From assembly GCF_009834535.1 (NCBI RefSeq), contig NC_045696.1, forward strand, positions 51,524,001-51,588,000: a stretch of 64,000 nucleotides of DNA, in the 5' to 3' direction. The translations under genes and the position numbers were made by a program. Shown here piece after piece: positions 62,506 through 64,000 of the stretch. Numbering within the stretch: position 1 is the stretch's first letter; every line of letters begins with the position of its first letter. Under the pieces are notes generated by a model, which saw nothing but the letters and a program-made list of their open reading frames with translations, was not told the origin of the DNA and searched no databases. The DNA comes from Camelus ferus (taxonomy: Eukaryota).

Positions 62506-63069
62506 AGCCTCAGCTCTGAACCTTCCCTGTTGACTGGCTTCCACGTCCACAGTCACACCAGGCTTCGCCTCTGTCTTTCCCTTCCATCCCTTTTCTTTGA
62601 CTTCTGCTTTTTCTCTTGGGAGAGGGCATGGAGTCCATGCCAGGATGGTTTGTGTTATCTTTTCTTTTTCTCAAATTCTCTTGTTTTCAAATGTGTCCTT
62701 GACTCTTGTTTTCCTTCCTCACAACTTTTATGAAGTTGCATAAAGCAAACCTAAGAAACTCCTAAAGAGATGAAGTCCTACTGTGGTTTGTTTGGCAGTA
62801 GATAGAGTGGTTTAGTGAGAGATTTTCTTAAAAAAAAGTCCTTAAGGAATGGGGAAAAAAAGTTCCTGCTGTGGAGGAAGTTCAAGGGACACCCATGGGG
62901 TATCACATTGCTTCCGTATTTGAATTCTACTGAGGAAGGAAATATGTTGAGAGTTTATTACTCAGAGACTGGAGATAGAGCAAAGAAACTCATTATCTCC
63001 TGAGAGGAGAGGGCTAAAATAATGATGAATTTTTTTAAAAAGACATTAAGTGGTACTTTACCTTTTATG

Positions 63070-63235
63070 AAAAGCTCTCACATGCATAATACCTTTACAG
63101 CTACTCAAAAGGCAGGAAAATTATTATTTCCACTTTAAATTCAAAGGAACTGAGGGTTATGAAATTAAGTGGCTTGCTTAAGGTCACAATTAGAGGAACC
63201 AAAACTGAACTCAAATCATCTAATTCCAGTACAGT
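63070..63235 (-). mobile_element. MIR SINE
   Basis: attattatttccacttt...ggaactgaggg...aattaagtggcttgcttaaggtcaca. Confidence 0.7.
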
Positions 63236-64000
63236 CGTCATTCACTTACATCCCTACTCTAAGTTTCAGGGTTATAATCATCATGGAATATGCTCTACAA
63301 CCAGTTTTTTTGGTTCTCGAAGGCAGGGCTTAGCTCCAAAGTCAATATGATGGACTACTTATTTGTCACAAACATGTCCCTTTGATGAACATGTGGATCA
63401 TTAACACAGTTACACAGAATTTTATTTAGACTCCAGATCTCAGAATGGATTTTCTGCAGTTGTTGAAAGTGAGTATCATTTACATTAAAACTTGGAATTA
63501 CTAAACTACACAGCCAGTTACCATGCATAGTAGCTGTGATGCCAAGAACCTAAGTTTCTTCCCTATTTGCTCTGTCAAGCTACTTTATCTTGGTAAGATT
63601 CTTTTTGGTTAGACTGTAGGTAAGAATACAGAATTCATGCCTCCTCTTCTAAGAACCCCCAGTACTTTCTAGAATCTTTTTAGACCAACATTTGGCCTTT
63701 TTGCTGTGGATCTGTATCATTTCCACTGGGCTCCTGTAAAGTCAGGAGGCCCCTCTTTTTTGATGTTTTCCCAAGAGATTGGAGAGAACTTTGTTTTGAA
63801 ATGTAGGCCACAGTGAATCCAGATCCTGAGTTACTTCCATATGTTCCGGCTGTCTCACCTTTTGAAAACCTAGACCAATAGCACCTAAACTTTGTTAGGT
63901 ATAGACTCCTTCATGCAGACAAAAGTCTTGATAGAGAGATGGCCCTGCCAAACTGCCACTGCCAAATGATTCTGGGATGAAAGGGAAGAGTGATGCTTCT

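Overview
Mammalian genomic DNA, most likely a camelid (alpaca, llama or camel), inferred from an intact tRNA-Ala-derived SINE of the vic-1 type. The window holds two convergent genes. (1) TIGIT is complete on the + strand, with four coding exons at 12417-12480, 13771-14100, 16255-16361 and about 26018-26245, giving about 242 aa (signal peptide, IgV domain, TM helix, ITT-like YFNV motif and ITIM LSYRSL). (2) The 3' end of ZBTB20 is on the - strand: last coding exon 57376-56955 (zinc fingers 2-5), then an inferred 3'UTR of about 24 kb that is almost transposon-free, ends near 32700 and contains the MIR568 hairpin. The rest is mostly interspersed repeats (L1, L2, MIR, ERV/MaLR LTRs, hAT and Tigger MERs) and microsatellites. 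Almost all entries in the ORF track are spurious. I do not see a wholly new biological system. The best leads concern TIGIT splicing: a non-canonical GG at the expected exon-4 acceptor, an L1 inserted in the exon-2 branch-point zone, and a possible intronic-polyadenylation isoform lacking the ITIM. Other leads are an internally primed L1 ORF2 insertion with TSDs, a long AG-exclusion zone before the ZBTB20 last exon, and clustered miR-130/301 sites next to an internal poly(A) signal in the ZBTB20 UTR. Gene and repeat names come from recalled consensus sequences, not database searches.
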